Notes under the pieces: model-generated
What the model was told of the DNA's origin: nothing
Seen by the model: the letters and a program-made list of their open reading frames with translations, nothing else
Database searches by the model: none
Program-made: the position numbers and the translations under genes
Assembly: GCA_903900685.1 (NCBI GenBank)
Contig: CAIUOC010000086.1
Location: forward strand, 1 to 52,835
Direction of reading: 5' to 3'
DNA: 52,835 nucleotides
From: an uncultured Candidatus Saccharibacteria bacterium
GTDB taxonomy: Bacteria; Patescibacteriota; Saccharimonadia; Saccharimonadales; UBA4665
In this document: in pieces, positions 45,020 to 52,835 of the stretch
How positions within the stretch are numbered: position 1 is the first letter of the stretch
Layout: each line of letters begins with the position of its first letter

Positions 45020-46024
45020 TTAATTATTTCTTTCTAATAGGTTTGCAGTTTGTTTGACTAACTCATTTTTAAATTCAGTAATATCCTTTGATTTTTCTAT
45101 CTTAAAACCACTAGCAAATTTATGGCCACCGCCACCAAACGACTCAGCAACTTTATCTGCAATTGCATGACCATAATTACATCTAATCTTACCAGTTATT
45201 CTACCATTCTTATAAGTTTTTAAAGCAATTGCAATTTCTACATCCTCAACTTGTCTCATTTCATCGATGACAAGCATAGAAGGATTATATTCGTGTGAGT
45301 ATTTTTCTATTTCATCCCATGGAATTACAATAATGGCAATTTTTCCGCTATTGAAATACTCAATTCTCTTGATAAGACTTCCTTTATAATCCAAAATTCT
45401 TTGGGATTTCTTCATAAGTTCGCGGCGCTTATTCTCTAAATCAGCCATAATAACACCGCCTTCAACAAGCTCAGAAACAATAGCTATACTTCTAGAAGTT
45501 GTTGCTTCGCTTGTAAGACCCAATGAATCTGACATTATCGATGCCGTTATCATATTTTTTGCATCTATGTTCAGATCCCAGCCTAGCATCTGGGAGAGCT
45601 CATATATTAATTCCCCAGTAGATACTACTTTTTCGTTAACAATCACTTCAGCGCCTTCTATATTAGCTGCAGTGATGTGATGATCGAGTACTATAAGTGG
45701 TTTTGATGAAATAATTGACCTTTTACCATTTCTAGTCATACTTTCCAATAAACTTTCAGAGCTAGTGTCAACGATAATCGAGCAATCAATATCATTGGGT
45801 ATGTCGTTAGTAACACGATCCCATCCTGATAAATAATGGAGATAGGTGGGCATATCTACGCTACAATAAAGTATTGGCTCCTTACCCAAATCACCAATAA
45901 TTTGTTCTAAAGCTAATGCACTACCGAGACTATCGGCGTCAGGATTGTCGGCTTGGATAATAGCAATCTTATTAGATGAATCGATAATTTCATTAATTTT
46001 TTCTGCTTCCTTATATCTATTCAT
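45020..46024 (-). CDS. nrnA: DHH/DHHA1 phosphoesterase (NrnA-like oligoribonuclease/pAp phosphatase)
   Basis: DNPDADSLGSALAL, VLDHH, GGGGHKFASG. Confidence 0.75.
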   Translation of the reverse strand: MNRYKEAEKINEIIDSSNKIAIIQADNPDADSLGSALALEQIIGDLGKEPILYCSVDMPTYLHYLSGWDRVTNDIPNDIDCSIIVDTSSESLLESMTRNGKRSIISSKPLIVLDHHITAANIEGAEVIVNEKVVSTGELIYELSQMLGWDLNIDAKNMITASIMSDSLGLTSEATTSRSIAIVSELVEGGVIMADLENKRRELMKKSQRILDYKGSLIKRIEYFNSGKIAIIVIPWDEIEKYSHEYNPSMLVIDEMRQVEDVEIAIALKTYKNGRITGKIRCNYGHAIADKVAESFGGGGHKFASGFKIEKSKDITEFKNELVKQTANLLERNN

Positions 46025-46626
46025 AGAATCGTTCTTCCATCCAATGCTCTTCCTAATGTAATTTGATCTGCATATTCTAAATCAACTCCAATTGGTAATC
46101 CCCGAGCTAATCTTGTAATTTTTACATTCCGCTCACCAATTGCTTGATTTAAATATAATGCAGTTGATTCACCTTCAACGCTAGCATTTGTTGCTAGAAT
46201 TATTTCATTTACCTCATCTTTATCTATTCTCTGTATTAATTCTTCGATATGTAACTGTTCTGGGCCAATTCCATCAATCGGCGAAACGAGGCCACCGAGT
46301 ACATGATATGTACCTTTATAGGTTCCTATACGTTCTATAGCTAGTAAATCAAAGGGCGATGAAACTACTGCTATTGTTTTTTTATCTCTGGATTTATCAG
46401 CATATAAAGGAGATATATCTTGACTACTATCTATCAATGCAAAAGTTATTGGACAAAAGGAAATGGAATTATGAATTTTAGATAAAGAGTTTATTAATTT
46501 ATCTGAAATTAATTTATCATTTTGGACTAAGTAATACGCATAACGTTCAGCAGTTCTAGGGCCAACACCAGGCAAACCCTCAAAAGAATAAATAAGGTCA
46601 TTTAATGCCTTTGGTAATACGCTCAT
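46021..46626 (-). CDS. recR: Recombination protein RecR (zinc-finger cysteines largely absent)
   Basis: LPGVGPRTAERYAYYL helix-hairpin-helix, and a Toprim part (IILATNASVEGESTALYL). Only one Cys lies in the region that normally holds CxxC...CxxC. Confidence 0.85.
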   Translation of the reverse strand: MSVLPKALNDLIYSFEGLPGVGPRTAERYAYYLVQNDKLISDKLINSLSKIHNSISFCPITFALIDSSQDISPLYADKSRDKKTIAVVSSPFDLLAIERIGTYKGTYHVLGGLVSPIDGIGPEQLHIEELIQRIDKDEVNEIILATNASVEGESTALYLNQAIGERNVKITRLARGLPIGVDLEYADQITLGRALDGRTIL

Positions 46627-46634
46627 GTTTGAAT

Positions 46635-46928
46635 CTAAAGTCCTAAGTCGCCTAATGCACTCATGAATGGTTGCATTTTTTCTGCAGCAATTTTTTGAGA
46701 TTCTGACATTGCTTCTTTAACAGCCTCTTCTAGCCAACGCTCCAAAACACCAATATCATCGATATCTATAGCATCTGGATCTATTGATATATGTTTAAGC
46801 TTCTGTTCAGCAGTTATTTCTACTTTTACCGCTCCATCTCCACGTTCAACTACAATAATTTGTTTTTGAAGCTCCTTTTGGACTTTCTTTATTTTCATTA
46901 ACATTTTTGCTTGATCAAATTTACTCAT
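46635..46928 (-). CDS. ybaB: YbaB/EbfC nucleoid-associated protein
   Basis: MSKFDQAKMLMKIKKVQKELQK... is typical of YbaB. GGAG lies 8 nt upstream of the ATG at 46928. The track's longer start at 46961 is unlikely. Confidence 0.8.
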   Translation of the reverse strand: MSKFDQAKMLMKIKKVQKELQKQIIVVERGDGAVKVEITAEQKLKHISIDPDAIDIDDIGVLERWLEEAVKEAMSESQKIAAEKMQPFMSALGDLGL

Positions 46929-46976
46929 AATTTTCTCCTTATCTTGTACATATTGTAACAAATAATCAAAGAAAAA

Positions 46977-48158
46977 TTAACCTGGATGCTGATAATAGTA
47001 TGACTTTACGTTTTTTGAGTTAGGCCAGGCTACAAAATAGGATCGGGTCTGGTAGAAAAAAATACTAAATATTGCTATTGATAGAATACTAAGTCCCACA
47101 TATCTAGATATCGGATTTTTAGGGAATACTTCAAACCACCTATCAATTAGAAACGATAAACCGGAAGCCACAATTAGATAAGTAGATGGGATAAGAATCG
47201 TTAGACTAACCGGTCCACCTAATGAATACAGGAATCCGCCGAATAAGAATGAGATTAATAGAACTTTTGAATAATTATGTTGCCAATTTTTAATTAGTTG
47301 GTAAACCCCAATTATAAAGAAAACTGAAGTCGCAAAGTCCAGAAATGGTAGATTGGAGAGCCAATTAATTGGATTATATGTATTTTCATAAAACAAATTA
47401 ATCGGAATCATAATAAATAATTTAGTAGAATCAAGGAGGTTTGGGCTAGTAACCGGAAAACCTAAAATTGAAAATAGATTATTAGGATATCTAACAACAC
47501 TGAGAATTAATGGAATAAGCATTAAAATGCCAATTAGTATTATGCTCATAAAATAATTCTTATTTAATTTCTTTATGAGTGCTTTGAGTATATTTCTCTC
47601 CCATAAATATCCTAGAATAACAAACCAAATTAGCCCAGGTATATAGGTTAGGAAAACAGCGATTAATATGGCAATCATGAATATTAGATTATAATTCTTA
47701 GAAGTTCGAATATATGTATGAAACCAAAGTAAAGCAATAACTGAAACAAATAATATATCTGGAGTTGCTGTTCTAGATGAATGGAGAAGCCAAGCCGATG
47801 AGGCTATCAAAACAGTTGTAAGTGGAGCGGTATATTTACCATAATGATTTTGTAGGTGAGTATAGAAGAAAATTAGCATAGGGATTGATGCAATTACAGG
47901 AATAATCCTGAAATAGTAGATTGAACTTGGAGATAAATTATTTACAAAAAACTGAATAAGATTATAAGGTAAATCAACTCCATTATTGAGTATATTTGTT
48001 AAATTTTTTGTACCATTAATGGAATTAATTTCATTGAAATTCATTCCACCCAATAAGCTAGAAAGACGATACTGGAGTAGAAATAATATAAATAATATAA
48101 AGACAAGAATTGGCAATTTAGATCTATATTTATGGTATATTTTTTTTATGTCAATCAT
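46977..48158 (-). CDS. Polytopic membrane protein, possible GT-C/ArnT-like glycosyltransferase
   Basis: 393 aa with about 10 TM segments. No firm motif. Confidence 0.4.
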   Translation of the reverse strand: MIDIKKIYHKYRSKLPILVFILFILFLLQYRLSSLLGGMNFNEINSINGTKNLTNILNNGVDLPYNLIQFFVNNLSPSSIYYFRIIPVIASIPMLIFFYTHLQNHYGKYTAPLTTVLIASSAWLLHSSRTATPDILFVSVIALLWFHTYIRTSKNYNLIFMIAILIAVFLTYIPGLIWFVILGYLWERNILKALIKKLNKNYFMSIILIGILMLIPLILSVVRYPNNLFSILGFPVTSPNLLDSTKLFIMIPINLFYENTYNPINWLSNLPFLDFATSVFFIIGVYQLIKNWQHNYSKVLLISFLFGGFLYSLGGPVSLTILIPSTYLIVASGLSFLIDRWFEVFPKNPISRYVGLSILSIAIFSIFFYQTRSYFVAWPNSKNVKSYYYQHPG

Positions 48159-48184
48159 TAATTATGAATTATATCATTTTTTGA

Positions 48185-49540
48185 TCAACTCATGCTATCA
48201 CTTGAATGCTTTGAGTCAATTGATCTAAACCTCTGTTTTTGTCTATCAAAGAATAGTTCAACTTCACCAGTAGGGCCATTTCTGTGTTTTTTTATAAAAA
48301 TATCTATGATAGATCTTCTTTCAGTTTCAGGATTGTAGTAATCTTCTCGATAAAGAAAGGCTACAACATCAGCATCCTGTTCGATTGATCCTGATTCGCG
48401 AAGATCTGCCAGTTGTGGAATTTGTGGTGTTCTCGACTCAACAGAACGACTTAATTGAGAAAGTGCAATAACAGGTACATTCAATTCACGAGCAATGCCT
48501 TTAAGTCCTCTAGAAATCTCAGATATCTCCTGTACTCTATTACCGTCTCCAAATGATCTACTACCGCTCATAAGCTGTAAGTAATCAACGATAATAAGAC
48601 CTATTGGTCGAAGATGTGCCTCTCTTCTAGCTCTGGTTCTTAAATCACTAACGGTTATTCCTGGTGTATCATCAATATATATCGGAGCCTCGGATAGTGT
48701 CCCCATTGCTCTACCAATTTTTTCAAAATCAGAATCTGATAGATTGCCTGTTCGAAGGTTCCATGCATCGACTCCACTTTCAGTAGATAGCAATCTGTCT
48801 ACTAACTGTTCTTTGCTCATCTCAAGACTAAATAATAATACTGCTTCCTGAGACTGAACAGCAACATTATGGGCGAGACTTAGAGCAAAGGCCGTTTTAC
48901 CCATACTCGGCCTTGCAGCTAATATAAATAAATCAGATTTTTGCAGTCCAGCTAAGATATTGTCTAGGTCTTTAAAACCAGTAGGAATGCCTCTTAGTTT
49001 ATTCTTATCTTTGTGTAAATCATCTAATCTATCAAATGATTCAGCCAATATAGTTTCTAGACTAACTACGTTTTGCTTAATATGCTGCTGAGAGACATTG
49101 AAAATATTAGTTTCTGCTTCTTCAATTAAACTCTGAAGTACTTTAGTTTCATCAAAGCCCAATTGAGCTATATTTTGAGATGCCTTGATGAGCCTTCTTC
49201 TTAATGCTTTTTGTGAAACAATTTCAGCATACTGCTCAATATGTGAAGCAGTTGGAACATAATTTGTAAGTTCGGTAATATAGCTAGCACCTCCGACAGC
49301 ATCAATATTACCGTTATTTTTTACTTGATCAGTGATAGTTAATACATCAATCGCATACTGCTTGTTGTATAGTTGGTCAATTGCTTCATATATTTTTTGA
49401 TGTCTAGGGTCATAAAAATCAGCAGCTGAAATAATATCAGCAATTTTAATAACAGAATCACTATCAATCAAAATAGCACCAAGTAAAGAAGCTTCTGCTT
49501 CTAAGTTTTGTGGTGGAACATTACCCATGTTCTTATCCAT
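48185..49540 (-). CDS. dnaB: Replicative DNA helicase
   Basis: PPQNLEAEASLLGAIL N-terminus, Walker A ARPSMGKTAF, IVDYLQLM, SQLSR. Confidence 0.9.
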   Translation of the reverse strand: MDKNMGNVPPQNLEAEASLLGAILIDSDSVIKIADIISAADFYDPRHQKIYEAIDQLYNKQYAIDVLTITDQVKNNGNIDAVGGASYITELTNYVPTASHIEQYAEIVSQKALRRRLIKASQNIAQLGFDETKVLQSLIEEAETNIFNVSQQHIKQNVVSLETILAESFDRLDDLHKDKNKLRGIPTGFKDLDNILAGLQKSDLFILAARPSMGKTAFALSLAHNVAVQSQEAVLLFSLEMSKEQLVDRLLSTESGVDAWNLRTGNLSDSDFEKIGRAMGTLSEAPIYIDDTPGITVSDLRTRARREAHLRPIGLIIVDYLQLMSGSRSFGDGNRVQEISEISRGLKGIARELNVPVIALSQLSRSVESRTPQIPQLADLRESGSIEQDADVVAFLYREDYYNPETERRSIIDIFIKKHRNGPTGEVELFFDRQKQRFRSIDSKHSSDSMS

Positions 49541-49569
49541 TATTTCCCCTTGAATTAGTCATTCGTTAA

Positions 49570-51054
49570 TTATGATTTTATCACTTTAGCACCGTCAAAA
49601 ATATTGGTTATGTTTTTTATATTAGATAAATCGTCGGATTTGGGTTCAATATTTGCTTTTTTATCTATTTTTTTAAATATACATTCAATTTCAATATTAT
49701 TACCAGTTAATTCTTTGTATTTAAGATTAATAATTTCCTTATTTTTTGGATCATTAATTCTTTTCTGATGAAAAACAAAATCAAAAGTTAACTCTAGCTT
49801 ATTTTCAAACATTTTAGGTTTAGCATTCTTAAGTATTCCATAGACAGTATTATTTGATTTTTTTATAAGATTTAATAAATCCTGCCAAATTAATAGGTTA
49901 AATTCATTATTTGAACTTTTTTTTGTGGTTGTTTTTTTAATTGTTACCAAATCAACTTCTTCATCTTCTTTTATTATTTTTTGCTCTTTATTATTTTTTT
50001 TGGGATTATTAATTTTTTTGATAATATAATCCGGCGTATTAATTGGTTTTATTTTTTTAGACTCAACATTACTTGCCATAACCTTATTTGAATGATTGCT
50101 AGTAATTAAATATTTATACAATGTAATTTCTAGTAATGATTCAGGACTAAGGCTTGATGGTATCTCAATCAAATCCCTCATAAGATCAATGTAATTAATC
50201 TCTGTAGTATTGCCATCAATTATAATATTTTGTCTTAAATATGAAGATATTTGTTTTGCAATGCTACTAGGGTTATATCCATTAGATATAAGTAAATTCA
50301 ACTTCAGTATTAAATTCGATGCATCGCCTGCCTCAACAAGTTTTATTAATTCAGCAATTTCAGAAGATGATGTTAACCCAAGGCTTTGATTAACATTATC
50401 GAGAGTTATCTCACCATCTTGATTCTTTATTTGATCTAAAATACTAATACTGTCGCGAAAAGAACCATCACCATGCTTAGCTATAGCTTTGATAGCATCG
50501 TCGGTAATTTTAATTTTCTCATTCTTAGCTATGACTTTTAAATGTTTTTCAAGATTTAAAAGTTCAATTGGCTTAAAATTATACCTCTGAGTTCGAGAAA
50601 TAATTGTATCTGGTAATTTATAGCTCTCCGTGGTTGCAAGGATAAATATTACATGCTCTGGAGGTTCTTCGAGTGTTTTTAAAAGAGCATTGAAGGCTTC
50701 ACGAGTTAACATATGAACTTCATCAATAATGTAAACCTTATACTTACTTGAAGTCGGAGCAATATTCACTTTTTCTCTAAGATCTCTAATTTCATCAATG
50801 CGCCTATTACTGGCTGCATCAATTTCAATAATATCTAGATGAGTTGTTCCGTCAATATAGGGTATATCGTTAACTAGATGAGCTAAGATTCTCGCAACAG
50901 ATGTTTTACCAACACCCCTTGGGCCTGTGAACAAGTAAGCATGAGCAATTTTTTTATTTTGAATAGCATTATCAAGAGATGCCGTAATATAATCTTGTCC
51001 AATTACTTCAGCAAAGTTTTTTGATCTGTATTTGTTATATAACACCTGCCCCAT
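49570..51054 (-). CDS. dnaX: DNA polymerase III subunit gamma/tau
   Basis: LYNKYRSKNFAEVIGQ, GPRGVGKTS, IIDEVHML, SRTQRY. Confidence 0.9.
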   Translation of the reverse strand: MGQVLYNKYRSKNFAEVIGQDYITASLDNAIQNKKIAHAYLFTGPRGVGKTSVARILAHLVNDIPYIDGTTHLDIIEIDAASNRRIDEIRDLREKVNIAPTSSKYKVYIIDEVHMLTREAFNALLKTLEEPPEHVIFILATTESYKLPDTIISRTQRYNFKPIELLNLEKHLKVIAKNEKIKITDDAIKAIAKHGDGSFRDSISILDQIKNQDGEITLDNVNQSLGLTSSSEIAELIKLVEAGDASNLILKLNLLISNGYNPSSIAKQISSYLRQNIIIDGNTTEINYIDLMRDLIEIPSSLSPESLLEITLYKYLITSNHSNKVMASNVESKKIKPINTPDYIIKKINNPKKNNKEQKIIKEDEEVDLVTIKKTTTKKSSNNEFNLLIWQDLLNLIKKSNNTVYGILKNAKPKMFENKLELTFDFVFHQKRINDPKNKEIINLKYKELTGNNIEIECIFKKIDKKANIEPKSDDLSNIKNITNIFDGAKVIKS

Positions 51055-51103
51055 ACTTGGAACATTATACTCTATAAATATGTAGATTATGAATTAAAAA
51101 AAA

Positions 51104-51613
51104 TTACAGCGCTGCTTCTAGAGCAGCCCACTCTGTACCTTCATCATCTTCGGGCACGTTGATACTAACTTGGTCGCCTGGTTTAGCTTTAAAATAAGTA
51201 ACTGATGCTAATAAAACTCGGTATTTTCTTGATCCTACTTCAACAAAGTAATGACCAGATTCGAGTTTTAATGCACCAACAAGTTGTTTTCTAGGTATTG
51301 GTCCAATTTGCTTATATAAAAATGCTCCATCGTCAGCTATTGTTAGTTTAAGTATATCGCCCTGAACTAACTTAGATTTACTGGCATAGTTTGCGGGAAC
51401 GGGATAAGTCTTAGCATCGCTACCAACCATATTCTGTCCGTCGAATACACCTTCAATAACCTTACCCAAGGAAACTTCCTTAGTTTTTGTTGTTACGCTA
51501 GAATCTTCACCGACTAAGCTAAGAATTAATTCATTAGCCGCAGCTAAGTTTGTTTCTGCTTCTTGTATCAGTGCTCTAAGTCGTTTGATTTGTTTGTCTG
51601 GTACATCTGCCAT
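51104..51613 (-). CDS. Hypothetical protein (169 aa)
   Basis: Clean ORF with TATAAT and a GAGAGA-type RBS upstream. No motif recognised. Confidence 0.5.
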   Translation of the reverse strand: MADVPDKQIKRLRALIQEAETNLAAANELILSLVGEDSSVTTKTKEVSLGKVIEGVFDGQNMVGSDAKTYPVPANYASKSKLVQGDILKLTIADDGAFLYKQIGPIPRKQLVGALKLESGHYFVEVGSRKYRVLLASVTYFKAKPGDQVSINVPEDDEGTEWAALEAAL

Positions 51614-51730
51614 GTTTGTCTCTCAAAATATTATAGTGTTTTATTTTCACACACTTACCATAAAATTAACATTTTTTTATTGTCAAGTCAAAATATTACT
51701 ATAAAGCTGTGGATAAGTCATTAACTATTG

Positions 51731-52138
51731 TTAAGCTAATTCGACTCCAGCGCCGGCGCCTTCAAGGAGTTTCTTGGCTGATTCTGCATCTTCTTTATTA
51801 GCTTTTTCGAGAATAGTTTTTGGAGCACCGTCGACTAGCGCTTTTGCTTCACCAAGTCCAAGACCTGTTAATTCTTTAACTGCCTTAATAACTGCAACCT
51901 TCTGAACACCTGCATCCTTAAGGACTACATCGAATTCAGACTTTTCATCAGCAGCAGGAGCAGCATCACCTTCAGGTGCAGCTGACATAGCTACCATTGG
52001 TGCTGCAGCACTAACGCCCCAATATTCTTCTAGGAACTTAACGAACTTACTAATTTCTAGTGCGCTCATTTTATCTAGCTCCGTTACGATTTTTTCAAAT
52101 TCCTTAGGAATTTTAACTTCTTTCTTGTCTTCTGACAT
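51731..52138 (-). CDS. rplL: 50S ribosomal protein L7/L12
   Basis: Ala-rich hinge and C-terminal [24 protein letters not shown]...[10 protein letters not shown]. Confidence 0.9.
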   Translation of the reverse strand: MSEDKKEVKIPKEFEKIVTELDKMSALEISKFVKFLEEYWGVSAAAPMVAMSAAPEGDAAPAADEKSEFDVVLKDAGVQKVAVIKAVKELTGLGLGEAKALVDGAPKTILEKANKEDAESAKKLLEGAGAGVELA

Positions 52139-52164
52139 GATTATTTACCTTTCTTATTACTTAA

Positions 52165-52698
52165 TTAATTATTCATCGCATCAGCATGGGCATTGAGGAC
52201 GTTATAAACTCCTCTTATATTGCCTGCTAATACATTGACAAAACCATTTAATGGAGCTGAAATAGTGCCAATCAATTGCGCTCTCAATTGATCCTTGGTT
52301 GGTAACTGGGATAATGCCGTAACATCATCAGCAGACAAAAATTGTCCATCAGATGATATTGCACCGACAAATTCTATTGTTGGATTAATTCTGGCAAATG
52401 CAGCTAAGTCCTTAGCAGGAGATACTTCATCAAGTGAATTAAATGCATAAAGTAGTTGACCTTTAATTTCACTAGTGTCAATATCCTTAAACTTATCATT
52501 GTCTGCCAATGCTTTAATTATCAGTCTATTCTTAATGACCTTTATATTCGTTTGATTAGCTTCAGCTTGATCTCTTAATGTCTGAATTGCCTTAACGGTT
52601 GTGCCGGTGTACTTAGCTACTACAGTTAATTTAGAGTCATTTAGAAGATTAATAACATCTGTTATAATATTTTCTTTTTTTTGTCTAGTTAAAGCCAT
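52165..52698 (-). CDS. rplJ: 50S ribosomal protein L10
   Basis: Located upstream of rplL, with ...VVAKYTGTTVKAIQTLRDQA... typical of L10; 177 aa. Confidence 0.9.
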   Translation of the reverse strand: MALTRQKKENIITDVINLLNDSKLTVVAKYTGTTVKAIQTLRDQAEANQTNIKVIKNRLIIKALADNDKFKDIDTSEIKGQLLYAFNSLDEVSPAKDLAAFARINPTIEFVGAISSDGQFLSADDVTALSQLPTKDQLRAQLIGTISAPLNGFVNVLAGNIRGVYNVLNAHADAMNN

Positions 52699-52835
52699 AT
52701 TTATCCTTTAAAATTAAAAAAACTTCAGCGAACCAAAGTTTTATCGTAAGTTACAAATTAGTAGCCTCGGTAGCAAATTAAGTAATATATTACTGCTACT
52801 GTCTTTGGTCGATATATTTATATTAGCAGTTCAAG
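52699..52835 (-). promoter_or_regulatory. Structured 5' leader of rplJ (candidate L10 autoregulatory leader)
   Basis: Long-range pairing ACCAAAG (52732-52738) / CTTTGGT (52803-52809) encloses nested stems GTAGCA (52770-52775) / TGCTAC (52794-52799) and AGTAA (52781-52785) / TTACT (52790-52794). Confidence 0.3.

Noticed and set aside
49570-51054. A-runs in dnaX (e.g. coding ...CCC AAA AAA AAT...) as a possible programmed frameshift site for a gamma subunit
   Set aside because: A-runs are common in this AT-rich genome. There is no recognisable A-AAA-AAG slippery heptamer plus downstream hairpin in the right region, so this cannot be supported from sequence alone.

Overview
This is a low-GC bacterial chromosome segment (about 30% GC by spot counts of single 60-nt lines). 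It is gene-dense and mostly coded on the minus strand. The recognisable housekeeping genes are rplJ-rplL, dnaX, dnaB, ybaB-recR, a DHH phosphoesterase, cysS, argS, queA-tgt, kup and folC. The remainder is many lineage-specific membrane or secreted proteins, including a 1640-aa membrane-anchored fibre protein. The gene content (minimal metabolism, several GT-C glycosyltransferase-like membrane proteins, Nudix/ITPase genes) suggests a reduced CPR/Patescibacteria genome, possibly Saccharibacteria-like; this is inference, not proven. The standard genetic code fits all long ORFs. There are no rRNA genes, CRISPR arrays, transposases or integrases, and only one tRNA, tRNA-Gln(UUG). Six observations stand out. 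(1) A Tyr-codon-rich leaderless mini-ORF with a 1:2/2:3/3:4 terminator-antiterminator layout sits directly upstream of a prephenate dehydrogenase-like gene, making it a candidate tyrosine leader-peptide attenuator. (2) A mosaic accessory region at about 30.3-39.1 kb is visibly higher in GC (about 45% by spot counts) and abuts tRNA-Gln. It has a 26-bp duplicate of the tRNA 3' end, truncated gene remnants and a diverged chimeric duplicate of the nearby MFS/esterase locus. (3) A conserved 22-bp direct-repeat operator lies upstream of both an OmpR-type two-component operon and its neighbouring MacB/FtsX-type ABC operon. (4) Many start codons sit 6-8 nt downstream of a -10 hexamer, implying frequent leaderless mRNAs. 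(5) An orphan cytochrome b6-like protein carries a large C-terminal extension. (6) Several gene-level oddities: a triple YbjQ-domain fusion, a tandem pair of secreted paralogues, an acyl-ACP desaturase-like gene with no canonical start codon, a RecR lacking three of four zinc-finger cysteines, and an alpha/beta-hydrolase-fold protein lacking its nucleophile serine. All functional calls come from motif recognition by eye, since no database search could be run.
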